NCBI GenBank assembly: GCA_963663165.1
Contig: OY760175.1
Coordinates: forward strand, 640,001-704,000
From: an uncultured Desulfospira sp.
GTDB lineage: Bacteria; Desulfobacterota; Desulfobacteria; Desulfobacterales; Desulfobacteraceae
Length of the DNA stretch: 64,000 bases
Reading direction: 5' to 3'
Shown in pieces: positions 1 through 9,320 of the stretch. The notes beneath the pieces are model-generated. The model was given only the letters and a program-made list of their open reading frames with translations, was not told the DNA's origin and made no database searches. A program made the position numbers and the translations under genes. Numbering within the stretch: the stretch's first letter is position 1; each line of letters opens with the position of its first letter.

Positions 1-1
1 T

Positions 2-2377
2 GTGCCCACCAATTTTTACGACACCGCCACCTGGCAGCATATGGTCACCTACACGGTCTCCTTCGGGGTGCAGGGCAACCTGAACCAGGATGATTATGAT
101 CTGGATAACATTGTTGAGGCCAACCGGATTTATCCCACCTGGCCAAGCCCTATCAACAGTGACAAAGAAAGAATTGACGATCTGTGGCACACGGCTGTGA
201 ACGGCAAAGGCGTGTATCTGAGCGCGAGCACCCCCCAGGAACTGGTGGATGCCTTTGAGCAGGTGGTCTCTAATGTGCTGGCCCGGATTGGGTCCGGTGC
301 ATCGGTTTCCATTAACGGGGAAGAACTCCAGGAAGGGCTGGTGCTTTACCAGTCCATTTACTCCACCAACCGGTGGACCGGGGATGTCATTGCCTATGAA
401 GTGGACAGCTCCACCGGTAGCGTTGACCTTGAATCTCCCCTCTGGTCGGGCAGTGAAATCCTGGATGCCGCGATTAACAGCAACTCCGATTACTGGGATA
501 CCGGCCGGCTCATAGCGACCTATGACGATTCAATTGCTTCACCTGCCGGAATCCCCTTCCGGTTTGCCAAATTAAATACGGCCCAGCAGGCTGTTCTAAC
601 CAGTTCGGATATGGTGGAGTACCTTCGGGGGAACCATGCCAATGAAGAGCAGAACTCCGGGACCTTAAGATCCAGGTACCTTTTGGACGATAACGGCAAT
701 TATCTGAGGGCCACAGTCCTGTCCGACGTGGTTCACTCAGCCCCCCTTTATTTTGGTGATACCATTTATGCCGGCGGCAACGACGGCATGCTCCATGCCT
801 TTGATGCGTCATCGGGAAAGGAATTGTTTGCCTATGTGCCCAACCTGGTATTTGAAAACCTGGCCGATCTGACTGATCCCGACTACACCCACCAATATTA
901 CGTTGATTTAACCCCTTATGCCAAAACCATTGATGTTGAGTCCACCAGTATCCTTACCGGCCTCACCAGCGTCACCTATCAATCCCTTCTGGTAGGAGGT
1001 CTAGGAAAAGGCGGGAAAGGGGTTTACTGTCTGGACATTACCGATGCCTCAACGGCCGTCACCACCGAAGATATTCTGGCGTCCCGGGTGTTGTGGGAAT
1101 TTCCCAACAGCACCACATCAACATCGGATATCAATGACATGGGATACTCATACGCCAAGGCCTTTATTGTTGAAACGAGGTCCAGTGCCCATCCCTGGGT
1201 GGCCATATTCGGCAACGGATACAACAGCCCCAATCATGATGCGGTGCTGTTTATTGTCGATGCCCTGACCGGCGATCTGGTTAAAAAGATCAGCACCGGT
1301 GCCAACAGCGCCTGCAACGGGCTTTCAACACCGCTTGCCATTGATGTGGTCATGGAAGACAGCAATGTGGCCGATCTGATGGTATCCGGCTCCGACGGCA
1401 AGGTGGATTATGTTTATGCCGGCGACCTTCTGGGCAATTTATGGAAATTTGACCTGACCAGTGAGGATACAACGGACTGGGATGTGGCTTATAAAAACGG
1501 CTCGGCCAATATGCCGTTGTTCCAGGCCAAGGATGATTACGGCAATCCCCAGCCCATCACCACCAAACCCAATGCCATGTACCATTGTGACAGCAGCATG
1601 CACGGATATTTGATCTTTTTTGGCACGGGCCGGTACCTGGGCATCACAGATCTGACCCACACCAGCCAGCAGACCCTTTACGGGATTTGGGATTACGGCG
1701 ATGATTCTGACGACAGTGAATACTTAGGCTCATTTGAACGGAACAGCACCCAGGCCTTGTCCAACCAACCCCAGACCGTCAGCCTTCTGGAACAAAGCAT
1801 CTACTGGACCGGCACCGTGAATTCCACCGAATACCGGATCTTAACGGACAACACCATCACCTGGGCCACCGTGGTGGATCCGGATACGCCACCCAATTCT
1901 GACACGGTCCTGTATGACAACCCTTCCGATGTCGAAACCAACCAGGTAGGATGGTACTTTGACCTGCCCGATAGCGGGGAGAGAATTGTCAGGGACCTTG
2001 AAATCAGGTCCGGCAAAGTGGTGTTGATCACCTCCATACCCCAGACCGATTCCCCCTGTGTGGCCGGCGGTGAATCCTGGCTTATGGAAATTGACGCCTG
2101 CTCGGGCGGACGCACATCGGACGCCGAACTGGATATCAATGATGACGGGGTGATTGACGATGATGATAAAATTACCGTCACGGTGAACGGGCAAACCTTA
2201 ACCCTTCCCCCCACCGGGCTTAAATACTCGACCATGATGTACCCCCCCATGATCGTTGACAACCCGGATGATGATACGGAACTCAAATATTTCAGCACCT
2301 CATCGGGCAGCGTGGTCATCATGCAGGAAGACGATGAAGGGGTTGGGATGACCTTTTGGCGGTTTAAGGAGGATTAG
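2..2377 (+). CDS. pilY1: Type IV pilus tip adhesin PilY1/PilC, C-terminal beta-propeller part (5' truncated by window edge)
   Basis: Typical PilY1 motifs: WTGDV, LSDVVHSAP, YAGGNDGMLHAF, ELFAYVP, GKGGKG, FGNGYNS, DYVYAGDLLGNLWKFD, FGTGRYL, GWYFDL; Ca-binding-like DINDDGVID. Confidence 0.9.
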   Translation: MPTNFYDTATWQHMVTYTVSFGVQGNLNQDDYDLDNIVEANRIYPTWPSPINSDKERIDDLWHTAVNGKGVYLSASTPQELVDAFEQVVSNVLARIGSGASVSINGEELQEGLVLYQSIYSTNRWTGDVIAYEVDSSTGSVDLESPLWSGSEILDAAINSNSDYWDTGRLIATYDDSIASPAGIPFRFAKLNTAQQAVLTSSDMVEYLRGNHANEEQNSGTLRSRYLLDDNGNYLRATVLSDVVHSAPLYFGDTIYAGGNDGMLHAFDASSGKELFAYVPNLVFENLADLTDPDYTHQYYVDLTPYAKTIDVESTSILTGLTSVTYQSLLVGGLGKGGKGVYCLDITDASTAVTTEDILASRVLWEFPNSTTSTSDINDMGYSYAKAFIVETRSSAHPWVAIFGNGYNSPNHDAVLFIVDALTGDLVKKISTGANSACNGLSTPLAIDVVMEDSNVADLMVSGSDGKVDYVYAGDLLGNLWKFDLTSEDTTDWDVAYKNGSANMPLFQAKDDYGNPQPITTKPNAMYHCDSSMHGYLIFFGTGRYLGITDLTHTSQQTLYGIWDYGDDSDDSEYLGSFERNSTQALSNQPQTVSLLEQSIYWTGTVNSTEYRILTDNTITWATVVDPDTPPNSDTVLYDNPSDVETNQVGWYFDLPDSGERIVRDLEIRSGKVVLITSIPQTDSPCVAGGESWLMEIDACSGGRTSDAELDINDDGVIDDDDKITVTVNGQTLTLPPTGLKYSTMMYPPMIVDNPDDDTELKYFSTSSGSVVIMQEDDEGVGMTFWRFKED

Positions 2378-2380
2378 AAG

Positions 2381-2758
2381 GTGAAACAGGCAAAATTTAT
2401 CATGCTCTTAACAGCGGTTTTGATGGCGGCTGTTTGGGGTATCATAACGGAATCTTTTGCAGATGATCTTGAAATTCTGCCGGTCCAGTCGGTTCCCCAA
2501 ATCAACCCGGCAAAGACCGTTAAAGGACTTTTTGACTTTGACTCAGGGGGCACCATTTTAAGGATCGGCCATGATGAAAGCGGGAAAAAAATTATTGTTG
2601 TGGACGACCGGTTGCGATACTTTTCACCCGGGGTTGCCTTTTATGATGACCAGGGAAGCCGCATTGCTGAAACCCAATTTAAACAAGGCAGCCAGGTGGG
2701 CTACTTTCTTAATGAAAACCGGCAGATCATCAAGCTGTATCTGCTGGAGAACCAGTAA
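2381..2758 (+). CDS. Small exported protein downstream of pilY1 (PilY2-like position)
   Basis: N-terminal signal peptide, beta-rich body, GTG start 3 nt after the pilY1 stop. Confidence 0.55.
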   Translation: MKQAKFIMLLTAVLMAAVWGIITESFADDLEILPVQSVPQINPAKTVKGLFDFDSGGTILRIGHDESGKKIIVVDDRLRYFSPGVAFYDDQGSRIAETQFKQGSQVGYFLNENRQIIKLYLLENQ

Positions 2759-2792
2759 GTCACCAAAGGCCTGACATAAAGGAGTGCCGCAA

Positions 2793-3302
2793 ATGAGGAT
2801 CATATTCGCTGTATTGGCCATAAGTTTTGCCTTTGGGCCGGTGGTTTCGGCCGATATTTATAAATACGTGGATCACAACGGGGTAACTGTTTATACGGAC
2901 AACCTTGCCGAAGTTCCCCCGGATCAGCGGCATAATGTGCCCAGTTTTAAAGAAATCAATTCTCCTGAAACCCATGTGGTGTCTGATACCCGACCGGATA
3001 TAAAGGGCACAAAGGCTAACAATGCCGCCACCCTGAACCGGCAAAATAAGGCAGGGCAGGGGACCTTGTCCGGACACCAACGGTTAGAGCAAAAAAAGAA
3101 GACACTGGATCAGGAGTACGAAAATCTGGTCCGGCAGCGCCAGGCATTAAAAAAGGAGAATCCTGACTTAACCACCGCCAAAGGACTTGAGGAATACCGG
3201 AAAAAGGTGATGGCCTTAAACGGTCAAATCAAGGATTTTGAAACCCGAAGGAAAGCTTTTGCCCTGGAAGCCGCTCAGTTTAATTCAGAAAACAACCCCT
3301 AA
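2793..3302 (+). CDS. DUF4124-domain exported protein with coiled-coil C-terminus
   Basis: Signal peptide then ADIYKYVDHNGVTVYTDN (DUF4124 signature); AAGGAG RBS before ATG 2793. Confidence 0.8.
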   Translation: MRIIFAVLAISFAFGPVVSADIYKYVDHNGVTVYTDNLAEVPPDQRHNVPSFKEINSPETHVVSDTRPDIKGTKANNAATLNRQNKAGQGTLSGHQRLEQKKKTLDQEYENLVRQRQALKKENPDLTTAKGLEEYRKKVMALNGQIKDFETRRKAFALEAAQFNSENNP

Positions 3303-4156
3303 TAAATTTTACGTTTTGAAAAACCTTTTCCCAGCACATTAAAGGTATTTTCCGTAATCAGGAAGGCGTCCGGATCAATGTTAAACACGATTTCTTCAAT
3401 CCGCTTGATCTGGTAGGTGTTGACCACGGTAAGGATGATCTCTTTATTTTCACCCGTATACGCTCCCTCGCCTTTTAGAAAAGTGGCGCCACGGTTCAGC
3501 TTATTCATAATTTGTGTTGTAATTTCACGGGGTTTCTGGGAAACGATAATGACCATTTTTCTTTGGTTGAACATGGCCATACAAGAATCAATGACCTGGG
3601 AAGAGATATAGGACGTGGCCATAGAGTAAAGGATAATATCGGTTTCAAGTGAAGCAAAACTGAATATGAACAGGATAAAGTTGAATGTAAAGTTGTAAGA
3701 CCCGATCCTGACACCATATTTCTGGTTAAGGATAATAGAGATAATGTCATTGCCGCCGGCCGATCCCAATGACCTGAAAATAATGCCGGCGCCCGCCCCG
3801 ACAAAGGCCCCGCCGGCCAGGGCGGCAAGCCAGTGGTCTTTTACGCCGATTTCAAATCCCACCAGATCAATCATAACCGTCAGGACAAGGGTGCCGTAAA
3901 GGCTGTATAAAAAAAACCTGCGGGAAATAAACCGGTAGCCGATCATAAACACCGGAATATTCAGCACCAGATACCAAAGGCCTGGCGTCAGGGCATCTGT
4001 GGCGTAATAAAGAAGAAGCCCCAGCCCGGAAAATCCCCCGAGAATCATTCCATGGGGAATCAGAATGGCCTTCAGGCCAATGGACAGGATAACACTGCCC
4101 AGGGTGATCAAAAAAAGGTTCCATGCCGCCGAATAACTGATGTTTTGAAATTTCAT
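3299..4156 (-). CDS. YitT family membrane protein
   Basis: Multiple TM helices, GG(F)SG, GSAGGNDII, C-terminal RGAT..GEGAYTG..IDPDAF; ATG 4156 has a GGGGAG RBS (alternative start 4168). Confidence 0.9.
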   Translation of the reverse strand: MKFQNISYSAAWNLFLITLGSVILSIGLKAILIPHGMILGGFSGLGLLLYYATDALTPGLWYLVLNIPVFMIGYRFISRRFFLYSLYGTLVLTVMIDLVGFEIGVKDHWLAALAGGAFVGAGAGIIFRSLGSAGGNDIISIILNQKYGVRIGSYNFTFNFILFIFSFASLETDIILYSMATSYISSQVIDSCMAMFNQRKMVIIVSQKPREITTQIMNKLNRGATFLKGEGAYTGENKEIILTVVNTYQIKRIEEIVFNIDPDAFLITENTFNVLGKGFSKRKIY

Positions 4157-4275
4157 TGGCTCCCCCATTGGCTTTAATTAACCCCTTGCAAACACGATAG
4201 TGAAAAAAGCTTTTTCTAATATACCATAGACTTTTGAATTTCAAGTTTTTTTCGGTTATACTACAAAAGATCCCC

Positions 4276-4437
4276 AGACCGCAGACCGAAAGCCGGGAGA
4301 CCGGATCTTGTGATTCCCTGCGGTTGTTTTTCTTGCTTTCAATCATGCTTAAACCGGTTAACGCAAGAGCATAAGCCAAGATGGCGATCCCCGAATCTGG
4401 CATCCGGTCTGCGGTTTCCCGTTTCCGGTTTACCGGG
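4276..4437. repeat. Palindromic element built from AGACCGC/G-type heptamers
   Basis: accgcagaccg...gagaccggat pairs with atccggtctgcggt; related element at 43601-43695. Confidence 0.6.
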
Positions 4438-4510
4438 TTTATATATGAAGAAATATTGAATTTTTTTCATTGGGCTTGCAAATCCATATCAGGAATATCA
4501 TACTCCATTG

Positions 4511-5983
4511 ATGACCTTGTTTCACAAAATATTTTCGGTCCAGTTTCTGACCTCTCTGGTCCTGCTGTTTTCGGTATTCATTACCATTCAAATATCCACT
4601 GCCAGACATTTTGAAGAAATAGAAAATATGATTGAAAAGGACATGGTGACCACCATTTCCGATAGACTCTGCATTGATTTTGAACGGCACGGCAACTGGA
4701 ACCATTTCCAGCGTAACCCCCAATCCTTTGAACATCTGATGGAAAACCTTATCGCCAAAAAAGAGTTTTTCAAGACTATGCCGCCGCCCAAAGCGCCTGA
4801 GCCCCGCAACGATAACGGACCGTTTCCTGCGCCCATTAAACCCGGCCCTTCAGCCATGCCAGAGCGTGAACGGTCAACCCCCCGGTTTGGCCCTCCCCAC
4901 AGAAGACTGACCCTGTTTGATCAAAACCAGGTCAAGATCGCCGGGGCATTTGTCCGTCCGGAGGATAAGGATTCTCTGAAAATTAGCTCTATTCTATGTG
5001 ATGGGAAACCGGTGGGGTATATTGGGTTCAGAAAAATGGACCGGTATTCTGACGCATTTAGATTTTCATTTAAAAACCGCTTGAACGATCTTTATATGGT
5101 CGGGATTATCCTCTTTATCCTGACCGGCCTGGCCTCTTTTTATCTGTCCAGGCTGATTTTATCTCCGGTGGGAAAGCTCACAAAGGGAACCCATGCCTTA
5201 ACCCGGTTTAATTTCGCTACCCGCATCAATGTCAGGACTAACGACGAATTGGGCCGGTTAGCCGATGATTTTAACCGAATGGCCGCAACCCTTGAACGGT
5301 ACGAGACCATGCGAAAGCAGTGGGTGGTGGATATTTCCCATGAACTAAGAACACCCTTATCCATTCTCAAGGGCGAGCTTGAGGCCCTTCAGGACGGTAT
5401 CAGGCCCTTTGACCGGGCCCATGTGGATTCGCTGCATTCGGAAGTGGTCTACCTTGAAACCCTGGTCAATGACCTTCATCTCCTGTCCGCAGCCGATACC
5501 CATGCCCTTTCCGTTATCATGGAACCTTTAAAGCCGGTGGTGGTGGTGCGTTCGGTCATTGATACCTTTGCCATGCGCCTGGAGCAGGCGCAGCTCTCAA
5601 TAAATATCCGGTTAAAGGAAAACCATTGTACCGTTAAGGCCGACGGGGCCAGGTTAAAGCAGGTATTTTCAAATATTTTTGAAAATAACTTTCAATATAC
5701 GGGAAAACCCGGCACTATTTCGGTATGGGATAAAATTCAAGATCACACCCTTATCATTGGCGTCCAGGACACCGGCCCCGGGGTACCGCCCGAAAGCCTT
5801 GAAAAAATATTTGACCGGCTTTACCGGGTGGATCCGTCCAGGAAACGAAGCCTTAAAGGGTCCGGGCTTGGACTGTCTATTTGCAAGGCCATCATCAATG
5901 CCCATGATGGCGATATATCAGCAACCTTAACCAAAGAAGGTGGACTGTTGATTACAATTCATCTTCCCCTTATTGAACCATGA
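4511..5983 (+). CDS. BaeS-like sensor histidine kinase (TM-HAMP-HisKA-HATPase)
   Basis: DELGRLADDFNRMA (HAMP), DISHELRTPL (H-box), DTGPGV, GSGLGLSI. Confidence 0.9.
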   Translation: MTLFHKIFSVQFLTSLVLLFSVFITIQISTARHFEEIENMIEKDMVTTISDRLCIDFERHGNWNHFQRNPQSFEHLMENLIAKKEFFKTMPPPKAPEPRNDNGPFPAPIKPGPSAMPERERSTPRFGPPHRRLTLFDQNQVKIAGAFVRPEDKDSLKISSILCDGKPVGYIGFRKMDRYSDAFRFSFKNRLNDLYMVGIILFILTGLASFYLSRLILSPVGKLTKGTHALTRFNFATRINVRTNDELGRLADDFNRMAATLERYETMRKQWVVDISHELRTPLSILKGELEALQDGIRPFDRAHVDSLHSEVVYLETLVNDLHLLSAADTHALSVIMEPLKPVVVVRSVIDTFAMRLEQAQLSINIRLKENHCTVKADGARLKQVFSNIFENNFQYTGKPGTISVWDKIQDHTLIIGVQDTGPGVPPESLEKIFDRLYRVDPSRKRSLKGSGLGLSICKAIINAHDGDISATLTKEGGLLITIHLPLIEP

Positions 5984-6672
5984 AACCTAAAAAAAACATT
6001 TTAATTGTCGAAGACGAAAAAAAAATCGCAGACCTGCTCAGTGAGTATCTTTTAGCAGACGGTTTTGAACCCAGTGTCCTTTACCGGGGGGACCAGGTGC
6101 TCGATGCGGTAAAACAGCAATCGCCCGACCTGCTCATTCTCGATATCATGCTGCCGGGACTCGATGGCCTGACCATTTGCCAGGAACTTCGGAAACGGTA
6201 TTCATTTCCCATTATCATGCTGACCTCCCGGATTCAGGAAGAGGATGTCCTGCTTGGACTCAAGCTTGGTGCAGATGATTACATCTGCAAACCCTTCAGC
6301 CCCAGAGAAGTGGTGGCCAGGGTAAACACGGTGATGAGAAGAAGCCGGGCCGCCTTTTCCCACGAGCAGATTAAAATCGGCTGTATCAGCCTGAACAGCG
6401 AATCCCGGGATGTTACCATTGACGGCCAGACCATCCAGTTGACCCACAATGAATACGGCATTCTAAAAAGCATGATGATTCAGCCGGGCAAGGTGGTGTC
6501 CAGAGAAGATCTGATCAAAAAAGTTCAGGGGTATGAATACGGTGAATACAAGCGGACCATCGACACCCACATCAAAAATATAAGAAAAAAAATCGCCACA
6601 GCACTTCCTGATGACAAGGTCATCCTGTCCGTATACGGTATGGGATATAAATTTAATTCTGATCTGTTCTGA
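5980..6672 (+). CDS. BaeR/OmpR-family response regulator
   Basis: ILIVEDE, LDIMLPGLDG, GADDYICKPF, C-terminal wHTH (RTIDTHIKNIRKK, VYGMGY); ATGA overlap with kinase. Confidence 0.92.
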   Translation: MKPKKNILIVEDEKKIADLLSEYLLADGFEPSVLYRGDQVLDAVKQQSPDLLILDIMLPGLDGLTICQELRKRYSFPIIMLTSRIQEEDVLLGLKLGADDYICKPFSPREVVARVNTVMRRSRAAFSHEQIKIGCISLNSESRDVTIDGQTIQLTHNEYGILKSMMIQPGKVVSREDLIKKVQGYEYGEYKRTIDTHIKNIRKKIATALPDDKVILSVYGMGYKFNSDLF

Positions 6673-6678
6673 TAATTC

Positions 6679-7599
6679 ATGGCAACATTTACGGCTTATC
6701 GTAACTCAGTGCCTGGCCTGCTCTTTTTCCTTTGTGCCATCCTCTTTTGGGGGTGTGCCAAAGAGATTCCTGTTTTTGAAGGAAGCCTGATGAGATCCGG
6801 CATTGTGGCCGATGGAAATGACATGGACTGGCCCGTGGCCCCGCCGTTGTATTTTGATGAGGAAAACCGGACCGGTATCCGGGTCATGAACGACAGGAAA
6901 ACCCTTTGTGTTCTGGTGACCATTGCCGGCCAATCCCTGAAACAGCAATTGGCCGCCCGGGGATTCAGGTTAACCCTGGATACCCTAAAGGAGGGGACCA
7001 GCCCGTTTTCCATTGAAATTCAAGGCCGGGACCCTTTTTTCGGCCACGGCCTTGAAAAAAAGAACACGGATTCATCAGGAACGCCCCTGTCCCGGGATAA
7101 ACAAAAGCAGCCGCCGGAAGGGGGGCCAATGGGGCCTTCTCAAGGCCCCCAGAAAGATGTCTCAGGTTCTTTGCCTTCTGACCTGTTGGCCCACCGGTCG
7201 ATTTTGATCACCTATCCCCATTCTTCGGGGGAAATGGAAATGACGGTTGCCCAGGCAGGGGATTACGGTATTAAGCTTGGCATGAAAATAATAGATTTTT
7301 CCCGTCTGGTGTTTGAGGCCCAAATCAGGCTCGACGCTGTACTGCCTGATGAAACCAGTGATTTCAACAATCCGGTTTGCCTTGTACTTTCAACCACAGG
7401 GCGCGGTCAGGGATTTATGCCGGACAAGGGTTCCATGGGGGACATGCCCGGTAACGGCCCGGGCGGCCCCGGGGGCGGCGGTCCTATGGGCAACGGGGGT
7501 GCCCCCGGAAACGGCGGGCCCCCAATGCAGCAGGGCGACAAGCGCAATGCAGGCCCCTTTGAAGCGATGGTCAAATTTCATCTTGCCGGCATGCCGTAA
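6679..7599 (+). CDS. Putative lipoprotein with Gly/Pro/Met-rich low-complexity tail
   Basis: Lipobox-like LFWGC after a hydrophobic stretch; directly follows the response regulator. Confidence 0.6.
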   Translation: MATFTAYRNSVPGLLFFLCAILFWGCAKEIPVFEGSLMRSGIVADGNDMDWPVAPPLYFDEENRTGIRVMNDRKTLCVLVTIAGQSLKQQLAARGFRLTLDTLKEGTSPFSIEIQGRDPFFGHGLEKKNTDSSGTPLSRDKQKQPPEGGPMGPSQGPQKDVSGSLPSDLLAHRSILITYPHSSGEMEMTVAQAGDYGIKLGMKIIDFSRLVFEAQIRLDAVLPDETSDFNNPVCLVLSTTGRGQGFMPDKGSMGDMPGNGPGGPGGGGPMGNGGAPGNGGPPMQQGDKRNAGPFEAMVKFHLAGMP

Positions 7600-7636
7600 A
7601 CATTGAAGCGACGGGTTCTTTTTTTAAGCTTTTCAT

Positions 7637-7678
7637 AAAAAAAGACCCGCCGCAAAGTCTTGGGCTTTGCGGCGGGTC
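7637..7678 (-). terminator. Rho-independent terminator of hpf/raiA
   Basis: 14-bp perfect stem gacccgccgcaaag/ctttgcggcgggtc followed by T7 on the minus strand. Confidence 0.85.
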
Positions 7679-7700
7679 CGGTTAGCAATGATAAGGATGC

Positions 7701-8045
7701 TTAGGATGCTTCAAGAATGGTGTCACCGGTCTTGATGCTTTTCTTGTCGCCGGACAGATGCCGGCGCTGTTTGTCTTTATTTTTCGTTATCTGAAGCCTG
7801 ACCTTGTCAAAAAGGGTATCGATCACAGCGTAAAGGTTGTTTTCAGCCTCTTCTCTGGCGTGGATTTTAAGTTTGTCACAGTTGAGTTTGATGTCTGCGC
7901 TGTTGCGCAGCTTTTCAACTCCAAGAACGATGTGTGCATCTGCTGGGAAATCCAGCAGTTTATCAAGCCGTTCGAATTTTTCCTGAACGTGGCTTTTTAC
8001 CGCTTCTGAAGAGTCAATGTTTTTGAAAGTAATGGATATTTGCAT
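7701..8045 (-). CDS. hpf: Ribosome hibernation promoting factor / RaiA (short form)
   Basis: MQISITFKNIDSSEAVKSHVQEK...NLYAVID...K; GGAGG RBS. Confidence 0.9.
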   Translation of the reverse strand: MQISITFKNIDSSEAVKSHVQEKFERLDKLLDFPADAHIVLGVEKLRNSADIKLNCDKLKIHAREEAENNLYAVIDTLFDKVRLQITKNKDKQRRHLSGDKKSIKTGDTILEAS

Positions 8046-8070
8046 AGAAACCTCCTGAAAAAGGTAAACA

Positions 8071-8169
8071 GCACCAGGGGATTACGGCCTTATGATGAGC
8101 CGGCGCAGGCAAAACACCCATCCTAATTGTATCGGGGGCGTTTGAGCCGGTATCAGGTCGGTCTGGTGC
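8071..8169 (-). promoter_or_regulatory. Long imperfect hairpin in the predicted hpf 5' UTR
   Basis: Nested pairings GCACCAG/CTGGTGC, CGACCT/AGGCCG, CCGGC/GCCGG, AAACGCCC/GGGTGTTT. Confidence 0.55.
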
Positions 8170-8183
8170 CCACTATTAACCAT

Positions 8184-8212
8184 AAACTAACATATCCGTC
8201 AGACCTAATCAA
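8184..8212 (-). promoter_or_regulatory. Putative sigma70 promoter of hpf
   Basis: Minus strand TTGATT-17 nt-TAGTTT with a TG extended -10. Confidence 0.5.
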
Positions 8213-8444
8213 ATTATTTTGCACCCGACTCACGGTGAATTTGTTCTAACCCTAAAGTAACTGTTCCGTAGCAGTGCTGACGCATGAAAATTTATAGTCA
8301 ATGATATCAATGACGCAGCTCGATATCCAAAATTATTTTGTCGCAAAATTTAAATAGACAAAATTTCGGCCTTTTGATAATGTAGCATAGGGTACGAATG
8401 AGCGCCCCCCCAATCGAGACACTACATTTGAAGAGGAGGATGTC

Positions 8445-9320
8445 GTGATTGTCCAATGTGGCCGGAAAATTAAAGACGAAGAGCTTATACAGATTTGCGA
8501 GACAGTAGAGACCTTTTCGAATTTGAGTCAGACTGAACTGGCTCATACAATATGCGAACATTTGGGCTGGTATACCGCTTCTGGTAGGAACAAGGTGGAT
8601 GCCTGCCGGAAATTGCTTCTGCGACTGGAGTCCCAAGGTCTCATACGGTTGCCTGAAAAAGAGAAACTCGGTCCCATAAAGGGCTCTCAACAGAAACTGC
8701 CGGTAGCGGACGACAGGACCCAGCCCCAAGATAAGGTAGCGGGCACGCTTTCGGATATCGGGCCGATCGTTGTCAGGGTCGCACAAGACACGGAAGAACG
8801 CTCACTGGTTAATGAATACCTGCACCGTTACCATTATCTTGGCTACAAGCGGCCGTTCGGATGTCATCTGCGTTATTTGATACAAGCTCAAGAGCGCATA
8901 TTGGGATGTATGCTGTTCTCAGGGGCGGCCAAGGCGCTGACCCCGAGGGATCGATGGATCGGCTGGAGCACCAACGAACGCTTAAGAAACTTGGGATTTG
9001 TTGTAAACAATGGACGCTTCCTGATTTTTCCGTGGGTCAAGGTCCGGTATCTGGCAAGTCACGTATTGGGTAAAATTGTCAGAGATCTGGTGCAAGACTG
9101 GGAGCGGAGCTGGGGGTATCGGCCGGCTTTGCTGGAGACCTTTGTCGACCCACAACACTTCGATGGGACGTGCTATCGGGCGGCCAATTTTAGACACCTT
9201 GGCATGACCAGCGGAAAGGGGCTTGTCCGGCAGGGTAGAAGTTACAGGACCAGTCCCAAAAAAATCTTCGTTTATCCGCTGGTGAATAATTTCCGTCAGG
9301 TTTTGAGGCAGATCGGATGA
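8445..9320 (+). CDS. DUF4338 / DruA-like protein with N-terminal helical (wHTH-like) region, IS-borne
   Basis: YHYLGY, RDRWIGWS, VNNGRFLIFPWV, LASHVL, LLETFVDP..FDGTCYRAANF..LGMTSG motifs; GAGGAG RBS with GTG start. Confidence 0.85.
   Translation: MIVQCGRKIKDEELIQICETVETFSNLSQTELAHTICEHLGWYTASGRNKVDACRKLLLRLESQGLIRLPEKEKLGPIKGSQQKLPVADDRTQPQDKVAGTLSDIGPIVVRVAQDTEERSLVNEYLHRYHYLGYKRPFGCHLRYLIQAQERILGCMLFSGAAKALTPRDRWIGWSTNERLRNLGFVVNNGRFLIFPWVKVRYLASHVLGKIVRDLVQDWERSWGYRPALLETFVDPQHFDGTCYRAANFRHLGMTSGKGLVRQGRSYRTSPKKIFVYPLVNNFRQVLRQIG

Noticed and set aside
8071..8169. SRP (4.5S) RNA or 6S RNA
   Set aside because: Lacks the SRP domain IV motif (CAGG...GGAA...AGCAG) and is too short for 6S, with no large central bubble; kept only as a candidate leader.
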